Source of the DNA: Eledone cirrhosa
Taxonomy: Eukaryota
Assembly (NCBI GenBank): GCA_964016885.1
Contig: OZ024742.1
Location: 96,844,001-96,908,000, forward strand
Reading direction: 5' to 3'
Length of the DNA: 64,000 nt
The position numbers were made by a program, and so were the translations under genes. The notes below the pieces were generated by a model. That model worked only from the letters and a program-made list of their open reading frames with translations, did no database searches and was not told the origin of the DNA. Positions within the stretch are counted from its first letter, which is position 1. Every line of letters begins with the position of its first letter. Positions 38,320 to 50,038 of this stretch are shown one piece after another.

Positions 38320-39485
38320 ATGTGTGATTTAGTCGGCCTATTCCTCCTACACACACTTAAAGAGAAATTCCCTAACCATACCTTTGGGCTTTATCGCGAC
38401 GATGGTCTAATACTTTCCCATACCACCATAGGCCATAACTTAGATAGATTAAGGAAGGACTTAATAAAAACCTTCGCTAGCTTTAATCTTAAAATTACAA
38501 TTGACACTAATCTTTCCAATGTTAATTGTTTAGATATAAACCTAGATCTGCCTACTGCTTCTTATAAACAGTACCATAAACCTAATGAAAATTTAAAATA
38601 TATAAATAAAGGCTCCTGCTATCCTCCTATAGTTTTTAAAAACCTTATCCCTGATATTAGCCGTAGGATCTCCACCCTTTCTTCCTCAGAAGCTATTTTC
38701 AATAAGGCATCCCCCTATTATAATAAAGCCCTTCAAAATAGCGGATTTAGCGAACGGATTAAGTACATACCCAACAATACTAACTCCTTTAAACATAATA
38801 ATAGGTAAAGAAAAATAATCTTCAAACATAATAATAGGAAAAGAAAAATACTCTTTAGCAGTTAAAACTAATGTAGGCAAAACATTCCTAGAGCTCTTAG
38901 ATAAACATTTCCCTAGAACACATAGATACTATAAGATCTTCAATAGAAACTGTGTCAAAATCAGCTACTCCTGCGGTCCACCTATTAAATCTTATATCCT
39001 CAATAAGAAAATACCCAGAGAACATCAAAATTGCTCCTGTAGAGTCAAAGGTGAATGCCCATTACAAGGTAAATGCAACACCAAAGTCATTGTATATGCG
39101 GCTCAAGTGACAACCACCAGCAACAACCTACCAGCCAACAGCGAACGATATGTGGGTATGACACAAGACAATTTCAAAACGCGTTATTACTCACATGTCG
39201 CATCTTTCAGACATCCTGAAAAGAGATTTACAACAGTTCTGGCTAGCAGAATATGGGATTTGAAAGACCAAGGTATCTAATATAAATTAGATTGGTCAAT
39301 TTTGAACCAATCTAAAGAATATGCAAGAGGAACAAGAAGATGCGCATTCTGCAGAAGTGAAAAATATTGGATTTTACAGAACGTTAAATCACCAAAAAGC
39401 TGCCTGCCTAAATGCAAAAACAGAAATTTTCACCAGTTGCCCAAACATGAAATCACACTTGCTTTCCAGCTTATATAAACTTAAA
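38320..39485 (+). mobile_element. Penelope-like retroelement (RT C-terminal half + GIY-YIG), 5'-truncated
   Basis: CDLVGLFLL, GLYRDDGL, NCLDINLDL, RRISTLSSSE, KISYSC, CSC...CPLQGKC...IVY...YVGMT...FKTRYYSH; same subgroup as 31740-33303. Confidence 0.88.
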
Positions 39486-39655
39486 TAACTTTCAGATACT
39501 TATCCTCCATAAACTCTTGTTTTTCACTTTCCTTAAATTACCCTCTTTACAGCTTTCTTTTTCAGATTTACTTTTATTTTTATTTTTTCCTTTATTTTTA
39601 CTTCACATCCACATACTTATATATACGTGTGTGTGTGTATGTGTGTGTGTATATG

Positions 39656-39740
<85 letters not shown>

Positions 39741-40517
39741 ATGGGTGTATATATATATGGTCGCGTACGTGCGTGTGATTAGATATACATGTGCCTATAT
39801 ATATATGTGTGCTTCGTGTGTATGTAAGCGCGCCTTTGTATGTACGCATGTATGTGCTTTTGTCTGTACGTATTTATATATATATTTATATATATATATA
39901 TGTGTACGTACGAACCTATGTTTGTTTTCTATTTTTTCTAGTGTTACTTTATAATTGATAACCCCTCCCTCTTACTTTCTCTTTGATTTAAAATTTTTTT
40001 ATTCTCATAAATTTTTTCATTTTTTCATTTTTATATGTATCGACCTTCAGACTGACACTGCTTTGACTGATGCACTCCCTTCCCTGTATATATCACTCGC
40101 ATGTATGTGGTCGCGCGTATGTGTGTGTTTATACGCGTGCTTTCATACTTGTATGTGTATATATTTCAATCCTTAATACCTTAGTCTGGAAGTACGTTAA
40201 CTCTATTGTCTTACCATTTCTTTTCCAACATATATTATATACGTATTTGTGGTCACACATACACTGATATGATTGCCTCATATATGTACTTACGCACACA
40301 TTGTTTCACTATACACATGCATTTGTACATACACACATATGTACATTTGTGAGTGAATATACACACATTTATACACATACCCTAACTATTTATCCTTATT
40401 TTATTTTTATATATCTCTTGCATTACTTTTATTTATATATATATATATTTTTTTTTTGCCCGTCAAACTTTTGCCTTTCTTGAGGAGATTTTTCAAATAT
40501 TTCACTGTTTTAAATTG

Positions 40518-40585
40518 CCTTGTCCGACGAACGAATGAGGACGTTTCTTGTATTCGTCTTATTTGGGAAACCTCTGGTAATGAGG
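40518..40585 (+). ncRNA. Type I hammerhead motif downstream of Penelope ORF (core variant CCGACGA)
   Basis: CCTTGT CCGACGA ACGAATGAGGACG...CGTCTTATTTGG GAAA CCTCTGG TA ATGAGG; stems I-III pair; GUA triplet. Confidence 0.7.
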
Positions 40586-41124
40586 TAATTATATTGTATT
40601 GTTTATTATACATTAAATTTAGCTCTGGTACTTACATAGAGTACTCTTCACTCCTATGACTTTTTCAATTTTCAACGGAAACTTCAATACTTATATATAT
40701 ATATATACATATATATAGACACACATACATACCGCACACAAATCGTCTTCCAAGGTTAGTGATGTTATTATTAATCCTCCCTGGATGAAGTAACTTGCAA
40801 ATTCTTCATAATACTTGAAATGCAATTATACATCTAATGGACACACTCTCTAGAATAGATATATTTGTGTGTGTCTGTGCGAGAGAGAGAGAGGTAGATA
40901 GACAGGTAGGTTGGCAGATCGATAGATAGGTCGATAGATCGATACGTAGATATATAGGTAGGTAGATAGAAAGATAGACGATAGTCTGGTTATCTGTATA
41001 TGTGGCTGTGTGTATGTGAAGATGTGGAAATAAGGAAAGGATAGTTTACTACAGTACCAATGATTCTATCCATAGGTGTATATTCTTTTTACCATTGCAT
41101 AAGTACATAGACTCACTCACACAA

Positions 41125-41267
<143 letters not shown>

Positions 41268-41429
41268 GTGTCCTTATGTGTGTGAATCTGTGTGTGTGCA
41301 TAAGTGTTTATGCGTATATATATGTATATGTGTGTGTGTATCTGTTTGCTTATGTGTTGGTGCATATGTGTGTTACTGTATCTGTGTATGTGTGCATATG
41401 TGTGTGTGTTTATGTCCGTGTGTGTGTTT

Positions 41430-41520
41430 CACGATTGTAATGTTGAGTGTTCGAATCCCATCAGTGCGTTGTGTTCTTGAGCAAGACACTTTATTTCGCC
41501 TATCTCTTCTCCACTGAAGT
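41430..41520 (+). mobile_element. SINE family A-related fragment
   Basis: GTTCGAATCC B box followed by CTTGAGCAAGACACTTTATTTC. Confidence 0.55.
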
Positions 41521-41837
41521 AAAAAAAAGTGTACTCTGCCAGTAAGTCGAAGAACCAATGAAGTCTCACCCTGAAACTCTCCGTTATACGTGTCTATGGA
41601 ATGCTCAGGCACTCTCACCTTAATTTCAGGCAGTTCCATTTGAGAAACCTAGCTGGAAGAATCCTCGTCACAAGCGATAGGGTACCATCATACATATGAA
41701 CACATAGACACACACACACACTCGTGTCAAAGTGAATAGAAGAGATCAATAAAATAAGTACTAGATTTTAAAATATATGTACTGGATTGAGGTACCCCAG
41801 CATGGGCACAGTCTAACGTCTGAAACAAGTGCAGGCT

Positions 41838-44800
41838 GGAGAATTATTCTTCCACCTTCAATCTATGGTTCCCCTTGCTTCTACAGTGAGTGCTTTCAGA
41901 ATTCGATGACTGTGGTTCGACACATGGGAAAGCCATCTTATTTCATCATGGTAACAACTAACCCTAACTGGGATGAAATAAAAAATAGTTTGCACCCTGG
42001 TGAAGAACCTAGAGACCGTCCTGATATTTGTGCAAGAGTCTTCAAGATCAAGTATGACAGCCTCATGGATGACATACTGAAAAGAAATTTTCTAGAAAAA
42101 GTTGTGGCTCATTCTGCTACAATAGAGTGGCAGAAAACGAGACCTCACTCATGCTCATGTTCTGCTGATAATGGCTGAAGATAGCAAACCCAAAACCGCT
42201 GATGCCATTGATCAGGTAGTGTACTCTGAGATTTCTGATAAAGAAACCAATACAATTCTGCATAAGATCATCACATCCTGCAACATTCATGGCCCATGTG
42301 GACAAGCTAATATGATGTGCTCATGTATGGAAGGGCTAGGACAACAACGCCATTGCTCAAAAGTTATCCCAAGGCATTCAGACAAACCACATTTGTTGCC
42401 GAAAATTCCTTTCCGGAGTATAGAAGAAGGGATTGACAGCATGGTGGTCACACTACTATAATCCAACTTAAAGGTCAAGAATTTACTGTTGATAATCGTT
42501 GGATGGTTCCATACAACCCTTTCCTCTCATTGAGACATCAGTGCCACATCAATTGTGAGGTTGTCCACAGTGTCAAGGCTGTTAGGTACTTATATAAGAA
42601 CAGCACAAAAGTATCAAACAAGATCAGTTTCACTATTAAGGATGATCAAGGAAATTGAGTCCATGCCCAAAATGAGATTGAGACCTATATCAATGCACGG
42701 TACATCTCAGCCAGTGAAGCATCTGGAGAATCTATAAATTCCCATTAAATCATCGAAAACCGCCAGTTGAAAAGTTGCCTTGCCATTTACCTGGGCAACG
42801 AATGAGTTGTATGAGCGGGGGCAGGAAGAAAGTATTGTTTCTAGGGGACAGCCAATGACTAAGTTGACGGAATATTTTCAACTGAATATTAGAGACCCAC
42901 AGCCAAAAAACATATTGTATAATTATATTCCTAAATATTTCACTTGGACAAACAAAAAGTGGCAAATAAGAAAAAAGCGACACCTGGATGGTGATTAACA
43001 ATTTATGAGTGAATCTCTTGGACACATTCCAACAGTATCTCTCAGTAGACATCAATCTGAATTATATTACCTCAGGATGATCCTACATCACAAGGCTGGG
43101 TCAACTTCATACAAAGATTTGAGGACAATTGAAGGAGTTGAATTTCCAACATTCAAAGAAGCATGCAGGAAACTTGGTCTGTTAGATGAAGATGGAGAAA
43201 AAGACAAAGCTATGGAAGAGGCCTCAACCATTACGCTTGGTACTCAGCTGCAAGAGATCTTCTGCACAATTTTATTGTACAGCATGCCAAATGATCCTCT
43301 GCAGTTCTGGGAGAAAGGGAAGAATTGTCTTGCAGAGGATATCATGCATAAACGTCATGAGCAAGTCATGTCTATGCAAACCGTGCAGATTGTTCTACAG
43401 AAGATCCAACAAAGACTTCAGCATGATGGCTTGGACATTCATGCCAACTATGGACTTCCTCGGCCAGACCCAACTATTTGTGCCATATCAGAAATCAACA
43501 GGGTTCTTATGGCAGAAACTGATTTCAATACACACCAACTGCAAGCAAGCATAAATGAACTTCTGCCAACATTGAATCCTGAGCAACTGGTTATATTTCA
43601 CAAAGTAATCACCTCTTGTAAATGAAAATGAAGGCAGAATTTTCTGCTTGAATGCAAGTGCAGGTACAGGAAATACCTATGTCATAAACATCCTATTAGA
43701 TTACCTCCGATCTAAAAAAAGATTGCACTGCCACTGCCATATCTGGAATAGCAGCCTCTTTGCTTCACAAAGGTAGAACTCTTCATTCCAAGTGCAGGAT
43801 TCCTCTCAATGTGACTGCTGAATCGACTTGCTTCTTCACAAAGAGGGATGACACAGGTGAACTTATGCAGCAAGCTGACCTGCTAATCATTGATGAGATA
43901 GGTATGGGACATAAGCATATCTTTGAATGCCTTGACAGGAGCTTCAAAGATGTTTGAGATTGCAAAAAGTTATTTGGTGGTGTAATAGTATTACTAAGCA
44001 AATTCTTTCAGTTGTACGTCATAGCGCTAGACCACAAATAGTTGAGGCAACCATCAAGAGATCCTATCTCTGGGACTATGTGGAAACCATGGAGATGACA
44101 ACCAATCAACAGTTAATTAATGCAGAGGATTCTGATGAAAGTCAGTTTGCAAACTACCGTCTTGATGTGGGAAATGGTAACATTCCAAGTGTTCCAACTG
44201 TAGGTGCATTCACAATTCTTCTGCCAAATGAACTTTGTCTGGAATATGATAATGTGTCTGGACTGTGTGATTTTGTGTATACAAATCTTCCAGGAAACTA
44301 CACGAACCCACTATGGCTTGCAAATAGAGCCATTATCACTCCAACAAATGATGCAAGATTGGTGAATGAGTTCATGGTCAACAAGTTCCCTGGTCATGAA
44401 ATAATCTACAGAAGCTTTGATACAGTAGATAATGAACTGCAATATCCAATTGAGTTCATCAACAAACTTACCCCATCAGGCTTCCCAACACACATACTTA
44501 AACTGAAGAAAGGCAGTTGCATCATGCTTCTGAGAAATCTGGATCCTCTAAACGGGCATTGCAATGGTACACGCTACATCATCATCAATGTACATAATAA
44601 TGTAATTGAAGCTGAAGTGGCATTGGGTCCCAATGCTGGAACAAGGTTGCTAATCCCAAGGATACCACATGTATCTCAAGAGCTTGGGTTCCCTTTCACC
44701 TTTACTCGCAAGCAATTTCCTGTCAAACCAGCCTTTGCCCTTACATGCAACAAGGCACAAGGGCAGACATTTGAAAAGATAGGTGTATATCTACCATCAC

Positions 44801-44925
44801 AATTCTTCTCACATGGTCAGATGTATGTTGCATTATCACGAGTTAGAAAAAAAGAAAATATAAAAATATTAAATGAAAGGGGTCTGTTTACTGACAACTG
44901 TGTCTACAAAGAAATTCTACAGTGA
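41838..44925 (+). pseudogene. Helitron Rep/PIF1-helicase pseudogene
   Basis: Rep: ILPPSIYGSP, GKPSYFIMVTTNPNW, RPDICARVF, IEWQK, HGPCG, DNRWMVPYNP. Helicase: LLIIDEIGM, MLLRNL, CNGTR, RKQFPV, KAQGQT, HGQMYVALSRV. Frameshifts and stops. Confidence 0.93.
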
Positions 44926-45372
44926 TGTGAAACAACTATAACTCTCTTTTAGTTGAAATGCATTTCAGTTACTTTTTAATTTCTAGAAAAGGGACACTAC
45001 AAAAACTTAAGAAGTCTATATGTGAATTCAATAAAACAACAATATAACGAATGTCAACTCTTCATATTGGTAAATGTAATTCATCCATTCATACCAGCAG
45101 CATCTATTTTCGCTTCCCATTGACATTCTCAAGTGAAGATTCATAAACATTTTCCGTCAGCACTTTCATCGCTTTTCCATCTCCATTATCGCTTTTTTTT
45201 TTAAATGTATCATGGATTACTTTACTGATTACAGAAGTAAGTGTAACACAGTCTTTGTTCAGTTTATGTGCATATTGTCAATTTACGTATATATCTATGT
45301 GCATATATATATATATGCGTATATCACTATATATACTAGCAGAAACCCGCCTGAAGAGCTGTCTTCTGCTAG
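41838..45372 (+). mobile_element. Helitron (5'-truncated autonomous type) with intact 3' terminus
   Basis: RepHel remnants plus terminal hairpin CTAGCAGAA...TTCTGCTAG ending CTAG^T at 45372. Confidence 0.92.
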
Positions 45373-46189
45373 TATATTTAATTCTAAGAAGGATATATAT
45401 AGAGTAACTTAGACAAAGTCCCCTAAAGGTAGATTCCCAGTAAAGCAATCTAAATCAAGCAAACTTCACTAGTATCGTCATCTATGGGTAGATTCCTAGT
45501 AAAGCAAGGATTAGTTAGGAGTGTTTCCGTATACTAACAGGTTTATATCATTTTTTATTATGTTCTTATACCATTAAAGAATCCCTCTGATGAAAGAATG
45601 TTTTGGCAGTATGGACTGTCTTAATTTATTAAGATGGTTGATGCTGTTTTGTTTCTGAAGAAAGGGAGATTATTTTAGGTTGATTTTTTCCAGTATATAA
45701 AGATGCTAGTGAAGTTTTCTTGTTTTCGATTGCCCTATTTGGGAAACTACCCAACAGTGACTTTATATAACTGTTTCTCTCTCTCTCTCTCTTATATATA
45801 TATATGTGAAGGCAAGATTATGAGTTCGATTCCTGGACCATGCGATGTGTTATGTCCTTGAGCAAGTCACTTTATTTCCCGTTGCTGCTTCTACCTGGAG
45901 TTGCGACCGATAGATAGTATTAGCAATTGGAAAGACCAATGGAAATATTGTTTCCTCGGTCCGATTTGATGAAAGTTGATCGTTCCTTATATATATATAT
46001 TCATTTATAAATTCTCACCTATAGAGAGTCAGTTTCTCACATAGAAACAAGACTCTTTCATTGGAATTTAGACAACATCAACTAGGAAAATAGACATGTC
46101 TGTGCATGTTCAGGTGTGGTTGTTATTGCATATCTGGATCCGTATATTTTTAACTATAAGTATACATATTCATATGTTTCTGTATCTAT

Positions 46190-47050
46190 ACTTGTGTATA
46201 TGCAGTTATTATGTGCTGAATTTCTGAAATGTTTTACATGAATTTACAATTTCTTTATGGGACTGTACTTGCAACTTTCTAACTCCCGGTGCTTTTTCTG
46301 GTTTTGTGAAGTCCAGCTTCACAAGATTTGTACTAAGGCAGTTAGTAACATATCCCAGAGCCCCAATGATACCAGGTAAAATCTAAATGTATAGTCAGGA
46401 TGGAGTATTTGCAGATTCCCTATTAGTTCAGCATAAATGTTCTCCTTTTCACTAACCTTTAGCATCATATTGACATCTGTTGTGCAGCTGATTCCCACTA
46501 CACTGCATGCCTTCTTTTCTCAGACCTATATCACTATGTCTGCTCTAGTGTTTGCATTCCACCAGTACTCTTTTATATTATGTATGCATATGTCCTCCAC
46601 ATCATTTTAACTTTTTATATGTTCATTGTCGAGACTATACTTTCTACATATTGCATTGTATAATGTCTTGGCCATAACATAATGTCTGATAGGTAGATAG
46701 TATCATCATGACATATTTTGTCACCTGCTTATCATGTGGGTGACATCTTCAATGTTCATTCTACAGTCTGCATCAGTAGTTATATTTTGATGCTTTGCTT
46801 ACAACTCTATCTCGTTTACACATTAGGTATTTTGTTGCTATTTCCTGTTGGTCGATTACAAAAACATATCCTTCCAAGTGACTTGTTGATCCAAGATACA
46901 CTGATTTGGTTTTCTATATTACTCTCACCTTGTAGATGTCTGTTAATATTACAATGCATGATGTTTTTGCTGATAAGCATGCAGCTATACATCCATAAAT
47001 TCATTACAGTATTGCTGTGCAATTTCCTTGGGAGGTAGTTTATGGTTTAC
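46190..47050 (-). mobile_element. Degenerate R2/R4-type non-LTR retrotransposon 3' fragment (zinc knuckle + REL endonuclease)
   Basis: Reverse strand gives CRL...EDVTHMISR...YYLPIRHYVMAK, ADIVI, KENIYAEL, GIIGALG. Confidence 0.65.
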
Positions 47051-47302
47051 ATGCAGGGAGTATTTCTCAAAGAGCTCCTTCCAAAGTCCTTGATGTTTTC
47101 TGCCTCATGTAGACAAAATTCTTCCACAGATATGTGTGTGTGTGAATATACATACACATAAATATATATGAAGATAAATGCACACATCAGAAAAAGATTT
47201 ATTCCATCCAAGTAGATATATAGATAAACACCGAAAAACATGTAGAATTTTAGGAAACAGCTTTCAAAGCTCAATAAAAACAAAAACATTCTCTTATATA
47301 TA

Positions 47303-47494
47303 CAGTGGCGGACGGGGGTCTAAAACTATTGGTTGCCAGGAGAGAAAGGGGGCCCACCCACATATAGAATGCTATCATTTAATTGTCATAATGAACAAAT
47401 AACATTTTCAAAAGATACTAAGTGAAAATAAAACAGTGCAATGAAACTTTTACAGAAAAAAAATGTGTTTTGCAACCTGGCAAATCCGCCACTG
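47303..47494. mobile_element. hAT-type MITE, 192 bp
   Basis: Perfect 10-bp TIR CAGTGGCGGA / TCCGCCACTG; flanked on both sides by 8-bp TATATATA. Confidence 0.78.
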
Positions 47495-47520
47495 TATATA
47501 TACATATACATGTGTGTGTG

Positions 47521-47551
<31 letters not shown>

Positions 47552-48431
47552 GAGAGTGAGAGGGAGAGAGAAAGATATACGTTCACGTATATAAAACTCC
47601 TACACTATTTTTTACATTTTATATATTTGTAAATGTTTTTTCTTGTTTTTATTTTGTTTTATCTCCCATCTTCAAATCATTAAACAATAGGTAAATCCAA
47701 CAAATATACAGTCAGCTACACATGCGAATAAATAAATCAAATGCACAGGGTGTGATTCCATGACTTTCTGCTTGTTTGATGGGGGTGGCTTCCCCCTTCA
47801 TAGTCCTCCATTTGCATTACCGAGGATAATCTGTGCAATGAAACAGAGAAAATAGAAAGAATTATATAAATAAAAAGAGAGATGTTTGATAATCCCATCA
47901 TAGGAAGTCTCTAAGGTATCATAGACAGCAGAGGAGCAGCATAAATCTTTATTTTCCTCAAAACAAATATTGATATACATGCACACACAAATATATATAT
48001 ATATATACATATGCACACAAACATATATACAAAAATATATGTATCAATGTAGAAATAAATAAATAAATATATATATATATATATATTCTACTGTGAAGAA
48101 TTTATTGAGTGTAAAACTTAATTGCACCGGTAAAGATGATGTCAAAACAACTGGAAAACTGGAATTTTTTTGTCTAGTTTTTTCAATGCTGCTGTTCAAT
48201 ATTTTGGAAGGCGGGGATTCCAATAAGGATGTTTTAATATTCTTTATTGTTATATCATTTTATATTATTGGTAATTTTATGTTATTTTTTCTTTCTGTTA
48301 TGATGATTATTTCATTTTTCCTTTCCCCATTTCCATCTTGTACTTTTTCGCATTGTTAATAATGTTGCTATTGTTATTGTGTTGTCCTTAATGTTATATT
48401 TTGTGTCAACCCTTGTGGTTAATAAAGAAAG

Positions 48432-48471
<40 letters not shown>

Positions 48472-48472
<1 letters not shown>

Positions 48473-48690
48473 GGGCGGTGGATTGGCAGTATCGGTAGAG
48501 GGTCGGACGCCATGCTTTCCAGCATAGTTACGTCCCTTTACGATCTGAGTTCAAATCCCGCCGAGGTTGACTTTGCCTTTCATCCTTACGGGGTCGATAA
48601 AATAAAGTACCAGTAATGCACTGGATAATTGCTGGCCTTGTGCCTAAAGTAGAAACAATTATTATTATTATTATTATTATGATTGTTATT
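48472..48690 (+). mobile_element. tRNA-derived SINE family B, full length, in an (ATT)n tract
   Basis: A box TGGCAGTATCGG, B box GAGTTCAAATC, central GCCTTTCATCCTTACGGGGTCGATAAAATAAAGTACCAG, (ATT)n tail. Confidence 0.85.
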
Positions 48691-49162
48691 ATTATTATAG
48701 TTACAATAACCATTGTTGCATTATTATATTTAGGTTAATAGATACGTTTTTAAAAATACTTTTATATATTTTAACACAAACATTCACCAAGAATACAATT
48801 TAAACATTTTTTTTTCCAAAAACATATTATGGATGCAAGATAAAGAACAGGTTTGGTGTAAGTCTCTCTCACTTTCTTCCCCACTCCCTTCTCCTTTTCC
48901 TTCCCCACTCTCTTTCATTCCAGGCATCATCTGTCGCATAACGTGTTTTCGATACTGATTTGCTTTTTATTCTATTTTCTTTTAGTAAATCTATGTATTT
49001 AAAAAAAAAATAATTTTAGCAATTTTTCTGAGTTTTTGTTTATTGTCTTTTTTTCTTCTGAAATTGCAAAATTTTGTATATGACATTACACACAAAATAA
49101 ATTGCATCTTGTTTTTCTATTTTTATTTTTATTTTTATTTGTCTCATTTTGTTTTCCTGTAA

Positions 49163-49845
49163 TCTATATATTAATTTAAACAACGTCAGTATTCCGTGTG
49201 TCATAATTCTCGATTATCATTGGTTCATAGGTTTCAAACGACTCCGCCCACCTCAACGACGCCAAACTTAAATTAATACGCATAATGCCAATGAGGGAGT
49301 GAGAGGGGAGAGTAAGAAACAGAGAGGCAAAGTGAACGCTGTAACTATTACCATGTGTGCGTGTGTACGTATGTTTATATGTGTGTGCATGCGTGCAGCG
49401 TCCCACATAAAGTAAACATTATCAACATGTGTGAGTGTGTACGTGTGTGTAAGTGCACGGGTGCGTGTGTAAGTTTGCGTGCGTGTGCGCGTTTCCATGC
49501 GTGGATGTGTGTGTGTACGTGGGGCGTTCCACAATCGCCACGCAATTTATTTGTCTGTGTGCCTGTCTGTCAGTCTAACATACACAGAGTTATGAAGGGA
49601 GTAAATAGGGAACTGTTTTTACATTGACGGACATCTTTTATATTTATTATTGTGTCATTTTTTGACAATTGCTCGAAATGAATACTGATAATAAAAGCAA
49701 TCCGACTTTATCAAACAGTGAACTACAGCGGCGAGGCCGTGCAGCCAGGAATGAAGAGGAGCTGGCTGAACAACGCCATCGGAACGCCGAACTTCAGAGG
49801 CGAAGACGTGCCGCCATGAATGAAGAGGAGCTGGCTGAACAACGC
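49163..49845 (+). mobile_element. Probable Helitron 5' part with N-terminal charged repeats, cut off by a Penelope insertion
   Basis: A^TCTATATATTAAT start; ORF with tandem ELQRRxRAAxNEEELAEQR repeats like those seen at RepHel N-termini. Confidence 0.5.
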
Positions 49846-50038
49846 TGTTTGAGGCTAACCAAGCCTTCTACAGGTTTCCTCCCAAGTTGTTGGGCCTCTG
49901 GTCTGCTCTGTCTCTTAGTATACCGGTCTACTATTTGTCTAGACAAATAGTAGACCGGTATACTAAGAGACAGAGCAGACCAGAGGCCCAACAACTTGGG
50001 AGGAAACCTGTAGAAGGCTTGGTTAGCTTCAAGCAGCG
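49843..50038. repeat. 196-bp spacer-less palindrome at the 5' end of the Penelope copy
   Basis: Centre TCT|AGA at 49940/49941; only 2 mismatches seen. Confidence 0.95.

Noticed and set aside
43954-44925. Host PIF1 helicase gene
   Set aside because: Contiguous with Helitron Rep motifs and the hairpin/CTAG terminus; intronless and disrupted upstream
49794-49994. Antisense ORF with the same N-terminus as 49887..50819
   Set aside because: A consequence of the 196-bp palindrome
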